Below, piece after piece: positions 21,485 through 31,045 of a DNA stretch of 64,000 bases; within the stretch, counting starts at the first letter, position 1, and every line of letters begins with the position of its first letter. Made by a program: the position numbers and the translations under genes. Where the stretch lies: assembly GCA_043815505.1 (NCBI GenBank), contig JBDRIV010000004.1, positions 7,135 to 71,134 of the forward strand. Direction: 5' to 3'. Origin of the DNA: a bacterium (GTDB lineage: Bacteria; Patescibacteriota; JABMPQ01; JBDRIV01). Below the pieces are notes generated by a model, which saw nothing but the letters and a program-made list of their open reading frames with translations, was not told the DNA's origin and did not search any database.

Positions 21485-22204
21485 TTATTTTTTATTTTTT
21501 TCGGCGATTAAATTGTTTATCAATAGAAGTGAATCAAAGGTTCCAGCATCAACCCAAAAACCCTTGGCCTTATCATACAACATCGTGCCTTCTTTAATAT
21601 AAATATTATTTAGATCAGTAATTTCTAATTCTCCCCTGTCTGATGGCTTTAATCCTTTAATAAATTCAAAACATCTATTGTCATACATATAAAGCCCGGT
21701 GACTGCTAAATTTGTTTCGGGATCAGTTGGTTTTTCAATTATTTCTTCTATTTTATCTCCAGAAATTTTGGCTACACCAAATCTTTCTGGGTCTGGAACT
21801 TCTTTCAAAACAACCTTAGCTCCTTTTTCTTTTTTAGAAAATTCCTCCACCGCCTGCTTAAAATTATCTTCGAAAACATTGTCGCCAAGAATTGCTACCA
21901 CCGCTTCATCATCAGCAAAGTCTTCGGCCAGTCCCAGGGCTTGAGCAATTCCTCCCGGTTTTTCCTGTAATTCATAGCTAAGTTTTACTCCCAGTTCTTT
22001 TCCGGAACCAAGCAAATCTAAATACTGACCAGCATGTTCTGTACCAGAAATTATAAGTATATTTTCTATACCCGCATCTTTTAGAGTTAAAATGGGATAA
22101 TAAATGAGTGGTTTGTCATAAACTGGCAAAACACTTTTGTTAACTATTTTTGTCAGCGGCTTAAGTCTTGTACCTGAACCGCCAGCAATAACTACACCTT
22201 TCAT
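21485..22204 (-). CDS. rmlA: Glucose-1-phosphate thymidylyltransferase (short type)
   Basis: AGGSGTRL, PVYDKP, EKP and RGELEITD motifs. Confidence 0.92.
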   Translation of the reverse strand: MKGVVIAGGSGTRLKPLTKIVNKSVLPVYDKPLIYYPILTLKDAGIENILIISGTEHAGQYLDLLGSGKELGVKLSYELQEKPGGIAQALGLAEDFADDEAVVAILGDNVFEDNFKQAVEEFSKKEKGAKVVLKEVPDPERFGVAKISGDKIEEIIEKPTDPETNLAVTGLYMYDNRCFEFIKGLKPSDRGELEITDLNNIYIKEGTMLYDKAKGFWVDAGTFDSLLLINNLIAEKNKK

Positions 22205-23025
22205 AATTTTTTGAAATAATCTTTAAGGGCTTCCTGCCAAGAGCGTAGTGAATCAGTTTTGGTATTATTTAAAATACTAAAGCGCGGTCGGTTGGCTTTC
22301 ATGGCATAATCTTTAGTCGCTACCGGTTTCACTTTTACTTTCTGCCCTGATCTTTTTATAAGTTCTCTGGCAAAATCAAACCAACTAGTTTTGTTTTCAT
22401 TTACTAGATGATAAATTCCAAATGGCCGTCTGCTTTCGAACAATTCTCTTGTTCCTTGTGCTAAATCATAAGTCCAAGTCGGTTTGCCAAATTGGTCATT
22501 TACCACCTCAATGCTATCAGATTCTTCAGCTTTTTTCAATATAGTATCAATAAAGTTTTTCCCGTTTTTTCCATATAACCATTGGGTACGAATTATATAA
22601 AAATCGGAAGTATTATTAATAATATTCTTTTCGCCCATTACTTTGGAACGACCATAAGCATTCACGGGATTTACAGTCTCATCTTCATTATAGCCGACTT
22701 CTTTATCACCCTTAAAAACATAGTCCGTACTATAATGAATTAGTGGAATTAGATTATTTTTACAAATTCCCGCTAACATTCCTGGAGCTTCACCGTTTAC
22801 TTTATTGGCCAATTCTTCATTGTCTTCAGCACCATCAACATCGGTATAGGCAGCCGCGTTAATTACCAATTGGGGTTTTTCTAAATTTACAATTCTTTCC
22901 ACTTTGTCCCTGTCGGTAATATCAATATCTTCAATATCTTGCGCTAAAATATCATAACCGTCAGAAAAGACCTCAACCAAATCGGTCCCTAACATTCCTT
23001 TTGCTCCCAGTATTAATATTTTCAT
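22201..23025 (-). CDS. rmlD: dTDP-4-dehydrorhamnose reductase
   Basis: GAKGMLG, AAYTDVD, STDYVF and YGRSK motifs. Confidence 0.95.
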   Translation of the reverse strand: MKILILGAKGMLGTDLVEVFSDGYDILAQDIEDIDITDRDKVERIVNLEKPQLVINAAAYTDVDGAEDNEELANKVNGEAPGMLAGICKNNLIPLIHYSTDYVFKGDKEVGYNEDETVNPVNAYGRSKVMGEKNIINNTSDFYIIRTQWLYGKNGKNFIDTILKKAEESDSIEVVNDQFGKPTWTYDLAQGTRELFESRRPFGIYHLVNENKTSWFDFARELIKRSGQKVKVKPVATKDYAMKANRPRFSILNNTKTDSLRSWQEALKDYFKKL

Positions 23026-23040
23026 TTTATTATTTTTTAA

Positions 23041-24036
23041 TTATTTGTATTGTTTTTTATAATATTCTAAATATTCTCCGGTTTTAATTGGTTGCCACCA
23101 CCAGTCATTAGCTTTATACCAATCGACGGTAGCAGCTAGTGCTTTATCAAAATCAAATTCAGGCTGCCAACCAAGCGTCCGCAATTTATCACTGTTTAAA
23201 GCGTAACGAAAATCGTGGCCAGGACGATCGGTAACATATTCTATCATATCTTCTCCTTTACCCATTAAATTTAGGATTTTTTTCGTGGTTTCCATATTGG
23301 TAGAAAATTCTTTTGTGCCAATATTATAGGTTTCTCCCGCTTTACCATTTTTCCAAATTGTTTCTACCGCCCGACAATGATCTGAGGTATAAATCCATTC
23401 CCTCATTTGCTCACCCTTACCATAAACAGGAACTTTTTTGTCTTCAACTAAATTGGTAATAAAAAGTGGAATTAGTTTTTCTGGATACTGATAAGGTCCC
23501 ATAAAATTACAGCTATGTGTAATAATTACCGGTAAATCATAAGTTACATGGTAAGCGCGACACAAATGGTCTGCTCCAGCTTTGGAGGCTGAATATGGAC
23601 TGTTCGGCATAAAAGGGCTATCTTCTGTAAATTCACCTTCTGCAATACTACCATAAACTTCATCCGTTGAAATTTGAATATATTTTTTAATTTTGTATTT
23701 CTTGGCTGCTTCCAAAAGGGTGTAGGTGCCAACGACGTCGGTGAAAATAAAATCACGGGCCTGCTGAATGGAACGATCGACATGAGTTTCGGCAGCATAA
23801 TTTATTATTACCTCAATTCCCTTCTGCATCACTTCATCTACAATTTTTTCATCCACAATATCGCCTTGCACAAATTCGTAGTTCTTATTATTCGCAATAT
23901 CTTTTAAATTATTTAAATTTCCTGCATATGTAAGTTTATCCAGATTAACAATTTCTACATCAGGATGTTCTTGTAAAATGTAGTGAATAAAATTGGAGCC
24001 CATGAAACCGGCTCCGCCTGTAACAAGAATTTTCAT
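23041..24036 (-). CDS. rmlB: dTDP-glucose 4,6-dehydratase
   Basis: DKLTYAGN, AETHVDRSI, STDEVYG, PYSASKA and DRPGHD motifs. Confidence 0.96.
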   Translation of the reverse strand: MKILVTGGAGFMGSNFIHYILQEHPDVEIVNLDKLTYAGNLNNLKDIANNKNYEFVQGDIVDEKIVDEVMQKGIEVIINYAAETHVDRSIQQARDFIFTDVVGTYTLLEAAKKYKIKKYIQISTDEVYGSIAEGEFTEDSPFMPNSPYSASKAGADHLCRAYHVTYDLPVIITHSCNFMGPYQYPEKLIPLFITNLVEDKKVPVYGKGEQMREWIYTSDHCRAVETIWKNGKAGETYNIGTKEFSTNMETTKKILNLMGKGEDMIEYVTDRPGHDFRYALNSDKLRTLGWQPEFDFDKALAATVDWYKANDWWWQPIKTGEYLEYYKKQYK

Positions 24037-24449
24037 TATTCTAATGCTTTACTAATTTTTATGGCCGTATTTTCTGCTTCTTCTTCGCTGGGATATTTTT
24101 TTCCGGGCCATGGTTTTAATTCATCGTCAACAACTCGGGGAATTACGTGCAGATGCGTGTGAAATACTATTTGACCAGCTACGCGATCGTTGTTTAGACA
24201 AACATTAAATCCGCCAACCGACAATCCTTGTTTCATCGCTTGTCCAACTTTTTTACTTACTGTAATTAAATTGGCCAATTCAAAATCATCAGTTTCGACA
24301 AATGTTTCAAAATGATTTTTTGGTACTACCAAAGTATGACCAGGAGCAATAGGAGCAATGTCTAAAAATGCCAGCACATTTTCATCTTCATAAACTTTAT
24401 GAGCAGGCACTTCTCCCTTGATAATTTTACAGAAAACACAATTGGACAT
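24036..24449 (-). CDS. HIT-family nucleotide hydrolase
   Basis: CVFCKII and HTHLHVIPR histidine triad. Confidence 0.95.
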   Translation of the reverse strand: MSNCVFCKIIKGEVPAHKVYEDENVLAFLDIAPIAPGHTLVVPKNHFETFVETDDFELANLITVSKKVGQAMKQGLSVGGFNVCLNNDRVAGQIVFHTHLHVIPRVVDDELKPWPGKKYPSEEEAENTAIKISKALE

Positions 24450-24470
24450 CACCTTTACTTAAGTGTTTAT

Positions 24471-24499
24471 ATTTTACTATAAACTACAAAGCTTGGCAA
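24471..24499 (-). promoter_or_regulatory. Sigma70-type promoter for the HIT-rml operon
   Basis: TTGCCA-17 nt-TAAAAT. Confidence 0.6.
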
Positions 24500-24534
24500 T
24501 GCCCGATTTGAGCTTGTTTCAGGTTATTTTTTGC

Positions 24535-25683
24535 TTATATTTGTTTTAAAGCCGCTTGCTTTTTTCTTACTTTTTTAGCTTGAATCAAGCCATAATAAGT
24601 ATTGGCTGTATCTCTAGCAATATCATCCCAATTAAATAATTCTTTAACAAATTTTTGATTAGCTCTTTTGATAGCCAGATTTTTTTCTAAACCTTTAAGT
24701 TTTTTCAAACTTCTAATTAAACTTGATTGGCTGTTATTTTTAAAATAATGGGCTTGTTTTTCAAAAGAAATTTTGTGCTCATGAACATCAGAAAGTAAAA
24801 CTTCGGCACCTTCAGCTAATGCTTCTAAAACCACAATTGGCAAACCTTCAGCTTGTGAAGGATGAATGTAAAGATAACAATTTTTATACAAAGCTCTAAG
24901 TTCTTCTTTATCTTGCCAGCCGGTGAAAGTAATATTGTCATTGCCAGCTGCCAGTTCATGTAATTCTTTTACATATTCTGAAGTATGAGAAGAATCACCA
25001 ACGATAACTAATTTTTTGTCAGTCTTAATTTTTTTATAAGCCTTAATTAAAAGATGAATATTTTTATGACGAACAAGTCTAGCTACTGTTAAAAAGTAAC
25101 CGTTCTTTTTAAGATTATTTCTTTTCAAAGTCTCGGGATCAATAGGTTCGTTTTCAGTTGTCACGCCATTAGGAATATAGGTAGCTACGGTGTTAAAAGT
25201 TTCCGCACAATGATTGGCAATATCCTTGGATACCGCAATGGTGTGATGACCAAATTTAGCCGTGGCATATTCACCAAACCGTAAATACATTTTTGCCAGT
25301 GGTCCCCATTTTTGGTGGAACTGATCACGACAATGAAAAGTATTTACTACCATTGCTTTTCTTTTCAAAAGTTTAGGAATTATAGACATAGTGGCAGGTC
25401 CAACGGCATGATAGTGAACAATGTCCACTTTTCTACGCAAGACATCTAAAGTTGAAAATAAAGTATGAGTAATAGCATCCAGATTTTTTGTAGGAATGGT
25501 GGGTGTAAAAATTAATTTAACACCTTTGTAAGTTTTTCTAACCGGTTGAACATAATGTTTTCGACAATACACAAAAACCTCGTGTCCCTGTTTTGCCAGG
25601 CGTACGGCTAATTCTTCTACATGTCTCTCTACTCCGCCATATGAGGCAGGTATACCTTTTTGGCCAATTATAGCTATTTTCAT
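24535..25683 (-). CDS. GT4 glycosyltransferase
   Basis: GIPASYGGVE, IPNGV and EGLPIVVLEA motifs. Confidence 0.92.
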   Translation of the reverse strand: MKIAIIGQKGIPASYGGVERHVEELAVRLAKQGHEVFVYCRKHYVQPVRKTYKGVKLIFTPTIPTKNLDAITHTLFSTLDVLRRKVDIVHYHAVGPATMSIIPKLLKRKAMVVNTFHCRDQFHQKWGPLAKMYLRFGEYATAKFGHHTIAVSKDIANHCAETFNTVATYIPNGVTTENEPIDPETLKRNNLKKNGYFLTVARLVRHKNIHLLIKAYKKIKTDKKLVIVGDSSHTSEYVKELHELAAGNDNITFTGWQDKEELRALYKNCYLYIHPSQAEGLPIVVLEALAEGAEVLLSDVHEHKISFEKQAHYFKNNSQSSLIRSLKKLKGLEKNLAIKRANQKFVKELFNWDDIARDTANTYYGLIQAKKVRKKQAALKQI

Positions 25684-25703
25684 CGTTTTTTGATTAACTG
25701 GGC

Positions 25704-25732
25704 ATTATATTGTATTTAATCTATTTTGTCAA
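25704..25732 (-). promoter_or_regulatory. Perfect-consensus sigma70 promoter
   Basis: TTGACA-17 nt-TATAAT, 20 nt upstream of ATG 25683. Confidence 0.85.
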
Positions 25733-25737
25733 GTCCC

Positions 25738-28700
25738 TCACTGAATTAGACCTACAGCTGAAATTCCACCTCTAAAATAGTCTTCAAAAGCAAAGAACTG
25801 CAGACTATTTTCCCCACCACCAGTATTAAAAGTTCTAACTTGTGGTCCACCCGAAGCATTGGGACCAGTTATCACACCAGGCGTTCCATAATATGTTAGG
25901 GGTACAAAATCTATATTGGCACCCGCTTCAACCCCTTGAGGGTAAGCTCTAAATTCTGCCAATTGATTTCGTTCATTGTTATAACGATAAATTTTTGTCC
26001 AAGCTTCTCCATTTCTAAGTTGACTAACAGCAATTTCATCTTTGCCATCAGAGTCGGCGTCAACCGTGGCTACATCTACTCCGGTTCGAGAATCGGGATG
26101 AAAAGCATAAAACTGAATTGGTTTAAGAGCACCATTGGCTTCAAAAACTCTGATTTGGGGACCGCCACCAGTACCGGCGCCAACAATAACTTCTTCTTTG
26201 TTATCAGCGTCAATATCTCCCATAGCCACAGTGGCTCCAATTTCTAATCCGGGAGCAAAAGCTCGCCACTCACCTACTACAGTTTGTTCATCGTTATAAC
26301 GATAAACTTTAACCCAAGCTTCTCCGTTAGCAAATTGGGAAGCGGCAATTTCATCTTTACCGTCATTGTCAATATCACCACAGGCTACATCAACCCCAGT
26401 CCGGGAATCAGAATGAAAGGCAAAAAATTGAATTGGCTTAACCGAACCATTACTTTCAAAAACTCTAATTTGCGGACCGCCACCAGTACCGGCACCAGCA
26501 ATTATTTCTTCTTGACCATCACCATCAATATCACCGGAAGCTAGACGAACACCACCACGAAAGTTTTCGGCATAGGCATAAAATCTTGTTTCTTCTTGTC
26601 CTAAGTTGTTGAAAACTTTTATTTCTGGTGTGGCTCCAGCTCCACGAGCTACAGCAATTTTGTAATTAACTGTTATATTTTCACCACCACTTCCGTTATT
26701 TGGTGGCTTATTGGTATCTTGAGGCGGATCTACAACTGGCAAACTTGCTTTCACCTCACCATTAATTTCTAAAATCATGACCGAATGAGCGGGAATTCTT
26801 AAATCAATTGAATTGCCAGAAAATGATTGTCTAGATTCTGAAACTTGAACCTTAGTTATGCTTTCATTATGAGCATAAATGCTGGGACCATTTAAACTGT
26901 AAATTGTAACTTGTCTGTTTGAATTAAAATGGTCAATACCAATATCAGCCTGCATGGCAGTGTTGGGATGTTTGTTTATAATTAACAAATAAATCTTATC
27001 ACCAGATCTGGAAGCATAACTGGTAACATATTTGTTTTTGCTTAAAGCCGGTAAATTTCTAAATTGTCCTACCGAATATTTTGGACTACCTGTTACAGTA
27101 GAAGCTATAGCTTTATTTCCGTGATGTTCATTTACCAAACTGACAGCTAAAGCAGATGGTCTGGGATCACCGTTGTCTTTAAAAGCACCCCAGTGACTAC
27201 CAAAAACAGAAATTCCGTGAAACATACCAGCCGTAACTCCTTCCTGTTGCATTGCGCCCAGTAAATCAGCTGTCGCTATTCCATAGGCTAAACTACGACC
27301 AAGATTCTCATCACCGGTGTTAAATTCTGTAACCAAAACTTCCAACTCACTTGTTCTATTGCCATAGCGTCTGGCAATATCATTCAATCTATCAACTACC
27401 CCCATTCCTTGTCCGTAGGGAGTAGGATAATTTTTTTGAAAGCTTCTGGCTGAAGCCATCAACTGATGATAGCTTTCACCACCAATGCCATAAAAAGGAT
27501 AATAATGTACCGCCACAAAATCTATTTGATTGTTGGCTTCTTGAAATAAAACTCTTTCCCAATTAGCAACCGAATTATCCAACGCCACGTGCGCTCCAAT
27601 TTTTATGGACGGATCAACCGCCTTCATGGCACTAGAGAATTGTTTTACGGTTTGAGCATATTTAGAAGCCGTCATGGTGGCATCATCCCAGATGTAGTGT
27701 TCATTACCTATTTCCCAATACTTAATATGGCGATTTTCTACAATATTTAATTGGCGAACTAAATTGGCGGCATTCGTAGGAGTTCCTTTGGTATTGGCCA
27801 CCATTACAATTGGGCTATTTGTTTCGTCTGCTAAATCTAGGGCCGATTCAAAATCTCGCACTCCCCAAGGCTTGCCAGAATACGTTGGTTGACGTTGTTC
27901 TGCTCGCCAAATAAATCTGTAATTATTTAAAGTATTTTGAGAGCGAGCCGCAATTCCTATATAACCTTGATCAAATGGATTTCCAGCGGCCACCGGTTTT
28001 ACATCAACCTCAAATTTGTAATTGCGCCAATTTTTTAATCCGGCGCGTCTTAAAACAAAAGGAATTTTTCCTTCGTGAACATAGCGTCCATTTCCACTAG
28101 TCCAAGTTCCAGTATTTCTATAATAAGGAATATCGCCATTACTCCATTCAGAATCATCACTATCATTAAACAAGTCTTGATATAAAACTTCGTCGTTGGC
28201 CAAATTGGTAATTCTGACATTATTAAATATAACTTTCTCATTATCAGAACTAATTAAACCAATATCTCCAGTTGAAAAAGTTGAATCGGAATCAGAAAAT
28301 ACTACTTTGTTATCAATATATAATCTTAAACTTGATCCATTAACTCTAAATTCTAAATGATATTCTTGGCCGGGATTATAAGTTACATTGTCAGAATCTA
28401 AAACATAATATTTTCCATCTACAATTTTAACGAGCATTCTGGCACCCGGATCGTAAGGAGCAAAAATTCTTACTGCCCCAGCTGGATAATCTTCCAAGGC
28501 TTCATTTAAATTATCTTTATTAAAAAGTTCTGGATCAGAACTAAAACCAGCAACCTTACTATCTATGGAATTACCAATGTCTAAAGGGTTAACTCTAATT
28601 TTAATATTTTGGGTAGCGCGAGAATCGTGCGTTAGAGTAATTACCGCTATGATTAAAATAAGCAAACCAATTTTTAGAAAAAACAAAATCTCCCATTCGA

Positions 28701-28791
28701 CAAAGGGAGTGGCAATAATATGCAAAAATTGCCGTACCAATTTATAAATCTGTCGACCGATTTCTTTAATTTTTTTCCATAAATAAGCCAT
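25738..28791 (-). CDS. Membrane-anchored clan GH-A glycoside hydrolase with lectin-like insert and C-terminal FG-GAP-like repeats
   Basis: N-terminal TM; YWEIGNE (acid/base) and VTEFN (nucleophile); GH51-like C-terminal beta-sandwich ending PAHSV; Pro-rich linker; GDIDxDGxxEI/GGGPQIRVF repeats. Confidence 0.8.
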   Translation of the reverse strand: MAYLWKKIKEIGRQIYKLVRQFLHIIATPFVEWEILFFLKIGLLILIIAVITLTHDSRATQNIKIRVNPLDIGNSIDSKVAGFSSDPELFNKDNLNEALEDYPAGAVRIFAPYDPGARMLVKIVDGKYYVLDSDNVTYNPGQEYHLEFRVNGSSLRLYIDNKVVFSDSDSTFSTGDIGLISSDNEKVIFNNVRITNLANDEVLYQDLFNDSDDSEWSNGDIPYYRNTGTWTSGNGRYVHEGKIPFVLRRAGLKNWRNYKFEVDVKPVAAGNPFDQGYIGIAARSQNTLNNYRFIWRAEQRQPTYSGKPWGVRDFESALDLADETNSPIVMVANTKGTPTNAANLVRQLNIVENRHIKYWEIGNEHYIWDDATMTASKYAQTVKQFSSAMKAVDPSIKIGAHVALDNSVANWERVLFQEANNQIDFVAVHYYPFYGIGGESYHQLMASARSFQKNYPTPYGQGMGVVDRLNDIARRYGNRTSELEVLVTEFNTGDENLGRSLAYGIATADLLGAMQQEGVTAGMFHGISVFGSHWGAFKDNGDPRPSALAVSLVNEHHGNKAIASTVTGSPKYSVGQFRNLPALSKNKYVTSYASRSGDKIYLLIINKHPNTAMQADIGIDHFNSNRQVTIYSLNGPSIYAHNESITKVQVSESRQSFSGNSIDLRIPAHSVMILEINGEVKASLPVVDPPQDTNKPPNNGSGGENITVNYKIAVARGAGATPEIKVFNNLGQEETRFYAYAENFRGGVRLASGDIDGDGQEEIIAGAGTGGGPQIRVFESNGSVKPIQFFAFHSDSRTGVDVACGDIDNDGKDEIAASQFANGEAWVKVYRYNDEQTVVGEWRAFAPGLEIGATVAMGDIDADNKEEVIVGAGTGGGPQIRVFEANGALKPIQFYAFHPDSRTGVDVATVDADSDGKDEIAVSQLRNGEAWTKIYRYNNERNQLAEFRAYPQGVEAGANIDFVPLTYYGTPGVITGPNASGGPQVRTFNTGGGENSLQFFAFEDYFRGGISAVGLIQ
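25960..26560. repeat. Internal ~315-bp (105-aa) tandem duplication in the FG-GAP-like region
   Basis: GGACCGCCACCAGTACCGGC occurs at 26159 and 26474; the peptide GAGTGGGPQIRVFE...DSRTGVDVA...NGEAW is repeated. Boundaries approximate. Confidence 0.8.
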
Positions 28792-28815
28792 AAAATACTA
28801 CTTATTTAACATGCT

Positions 28816-28844
28816 AGTATATTATAATTATTCTATTTTGTCAA
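28816..28844 (-). promoter_or_regulatory. Sigma70 promoter of the glycoside hydrolase gene
   Basis: TTGACA-17 nt-TATACT. Confidence 0.8.
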
Positions 28845-28893
28845 GGATTAAAGAACCATGACTTTTTGGCTTAAATTAAGCATAAAATTCGAT

Positions 28894-28931
28894 AAAAAAT
28901 CCCCCCAATGACTTGTGAGTCTTGGGGGGGG
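28894..28931 (-). terminator. Intrinsic terminator
   Basis: CCCCCCAAGACT-cac(a)-AGTCATTGGGGGG stem followed by ATTTTTT on the minus strand. Confidence 0.8.
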
Positions 28932-28974
28932 TTGAGGCGATTAACCTCTAGTTTGAAGGATAAGTGGAATTAAT

Positions 28975-29952
28975 TTAACTAGGACCGACACCTTGATTGG
29001 TATCAACGGCCAAGGTAATAACTGGACCCTTGTCTCCGCCCCAAGGATTAAGATCCCAGCCGTAGAGGAGAATTTCATCCATACTGAACACGCTCATTCT
29101 GAATTTGCACAACACGTGTTCGTTGTTTTCACCTCCGATGTGAATCATAACTCCATTTTTACTTCTCTGTAAAAGAAGTAATCCCCACACATATGGGTGG
29201 TAATTACTGGTGTTCCAATTACCGGGAAAAGTATACAGATGGCTGGTATTGTAGAATCCACCACCTGTATCAATATTAACGTCGCGAACCCAGGCCTCAA
29301 CCAACCCATCTGTGCGGGAGCGGAAGCTGTAAGCCATGTAGAACAGCCGGAAATGGTCCTGCGTTTCCTGGTTGATGACCGCCAGCTTTTCCGACAACCG
29401 ATAGATAAGAAAGGATGGTGGTGCTGACCAAGTCAGCACGACTCCCATTCCCTCTTGCAAGCGATACGGGCCGTCCCACTCATGCGAGGTACCCAGTTCC
29501 GGATAGCACTGTTGTACCTCTCGTTGCCAGAACGGGGAGTAATCGCCATATCCATCAATCAAGGTGTTCATCGGAACATTAACTGTTGCGTTAATGTTTA
29601 TCGGCTGCATATCATACAGCGACATGTTTGCCGGCACTGATACAATCCGATTAATTCCATAAGACATCAATCCTTTTTGAGGACCGACGTACTCTTCCTT
29701 AACCGTCTGCATCGTATCCACGTTATACCACATCACCAGAACGGTGTCGGTATAATTTACCCGTGGGAAATACCCAACAATGTCCTGGCCGGTTTCGGTG
29801 AAGACCTGGTCGTAGGACCGATCGGCCTTAACCATCTGAACAAATTCATTTTCCACACCCGGCAAGTTGGGCCGAATGAGAGCGGCATTCACGGTTCCCG
29901 TGAACGTGACGACCAAAACGGCCATCAAAGCGATAATCAGTATTCTTTTCAT
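28975..29952 (-). CDS. Secreted protein of unknown function, GC-rich
   Basis: AGGAG SD before ATG 29952; signal peptide MKRILIIALMAVLVVTFTGTVNA; no family recognised. Confidence 0.7.
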   Translation of the reverse strand: MKRILIIALMAVLVVTFTGTVNAALIRPNLPGVENEFVQMVKADRSYDQVFTETGQDIVGYFPRVNYTDTVLVMWYNVDTMQTVKEEYVGPQKGLMSYGINRIVSVPANMSLYDMQPININATVNVPMNTLIDGYGDYSPFWQREVQQCYPELGTSHEWDGPYRLQEGMGVVLTWSAPPSFLIYRLSEKLAVINQETQDHFRLFYMAYSFRSRTDGLVEAWVRDVNIDTGGGFYNTSHLYTFPGNWNTSNYHPYVWGLLLLQRSKNGVMIHIGGENNEHVLCKFRMSVFSMDEILLYGWDLNPWGGDKGPVITLAVDTNQGVGPS

Positions 29953-30178
29953 TCTCTTTCTCCTGATTTGCCACACGACGATGGCAAAAGTTGTAGTTGC
30001 AGTCGTACTCGAACAAACTTAGTTTTGCACCTCCTTTCCACTTTTCCTTCAGTTGTAATGAACGTTATTTATTATATTTATTTTTAACAGCACCAGATGG
30101 TACTGTCCTGCCCTTTCTATATTCTTTTTAAACACTTCTTACTGCTTTCAGAAAGAGCTGGATAGTATCACCTATTTT

Positions 30179-31045
30179 TTATTTCCGAGCTTCAACCCAC
30201 ATCACATCACCTAAATTAATATTTACCGTCTTATTTTTTATTCTAAATAGCTTCAGAAATCTCTCAATAATTTTCCCAATCAACTGGCTATAATATTGTG
30301 AAATTCTATAATCAATTAAACCCAGTCTAACCTGGCGACCAACACTTTTCTTTTTACCAATTTCCATATTTTCTTCTTTAAGAATCTTTACTAATGATTT
30401 TTTATTGAACAAAATGAAGTGATCAATTATACACTGACGCCATTTTCTGCCTAAAATTTTAAACCACACTGATCCTGCATCGGGAGTTTCAATAAATATC
30501 ATTCCACCCGATTTCAGAAGTTTAAGTGCGTCTTTTATTACAGCTTTGGGATTTGGTAAATGTTCAACGGTATGAAACAGGGTTATTACATCAAAGCTCT
30601 CTTTGGCAAAATCAGAATCAGACAAAGTTCCTCTAACCACTTTTTGATTAAAGACATCTTTGGCAAATTCTGCTCCTGCTTTAGTTGGTTCAACACCGTA
30701 TGTTTCCCAACCTCTAATTTCTGCTAGCCAGAGAAATAATCCAGAATAACATCCAATATCTAGAATTCTCCCCTTCTCCGGAAAATGTTTTTCAATCTTT
30801 TCCAGTCGATCCAGAAAAGTTTTTTTACGCCAAGGAAATTCTGGGATTTGATCGGCGAAAAGTTTTTTAAACTTATCGCCATCTTCCTTCGTTTCAATTA
30901 AGTCCTCTATATTTCTAGGATTGGCATAATAAACTTTGCAATTTTTACAATGTACAATCCGACCGGCAGGTGAACTTTTTAATCTCACCTTAAAGTCAGA
31001 TGCATCACAAACAGGACAGTTAATTTTTTGTGCTTTAACTGACAT
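30179..31045 (-). CDS. Class I SAM-dependent methyltransferase with N-terminal Zn ribbon
   Basis: CPVC...CKNC, LDIGCYSG and HTVEHL motifs. ATG 31045 preferred. Confidence 0.88.
   Translation of the reverse strand: MSVKAQKINCPVCDASDFKVRLKSSPAGRIVHCKNCKVYYANPRNIEDLIETKEDGDKFKKLFADQIPEFPWRKKTFLDRLEKIEKHFPEKGRILDIGCYSGLFLWLAEIRGWETYGVEPTKAGAEFAKDVFNQKVVRGTLSDSDFAKESFDVITLFHTVEHLPNPKAVIKDALKLLKSGGMIFIETPDAGSVWFKILGRKWRQCIIDHFILFNKKSLVKILKEENMEIGKKKSVGRQVRLGLIDYRISQYYSQLIGKIIERFLKLFRIKNKTVNINLGDVMWVEARK

Noticed and set aside
24508-24523. TTGAGCTTGTTTCAGG intergenic motif resembling a palindromic repeat
   Set aside because: Single degenerate copy with no partner arm in the window.
25960-26560. 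315-bp duplication considered as a diversity-generating retroelement TR/VR pair
   Set aside because: Both copies are in-frame propeller repeats of one protein, differences are not confined to adenines, and no reverse transcriptase is present.
28692-28708. CCCATTCGACAAAGGG in the hydrolase N-terminus, resembling the REP-like core
   Set aside because: Only TTGTCGAA matches and the TGAG half is missing; compatible with chance.
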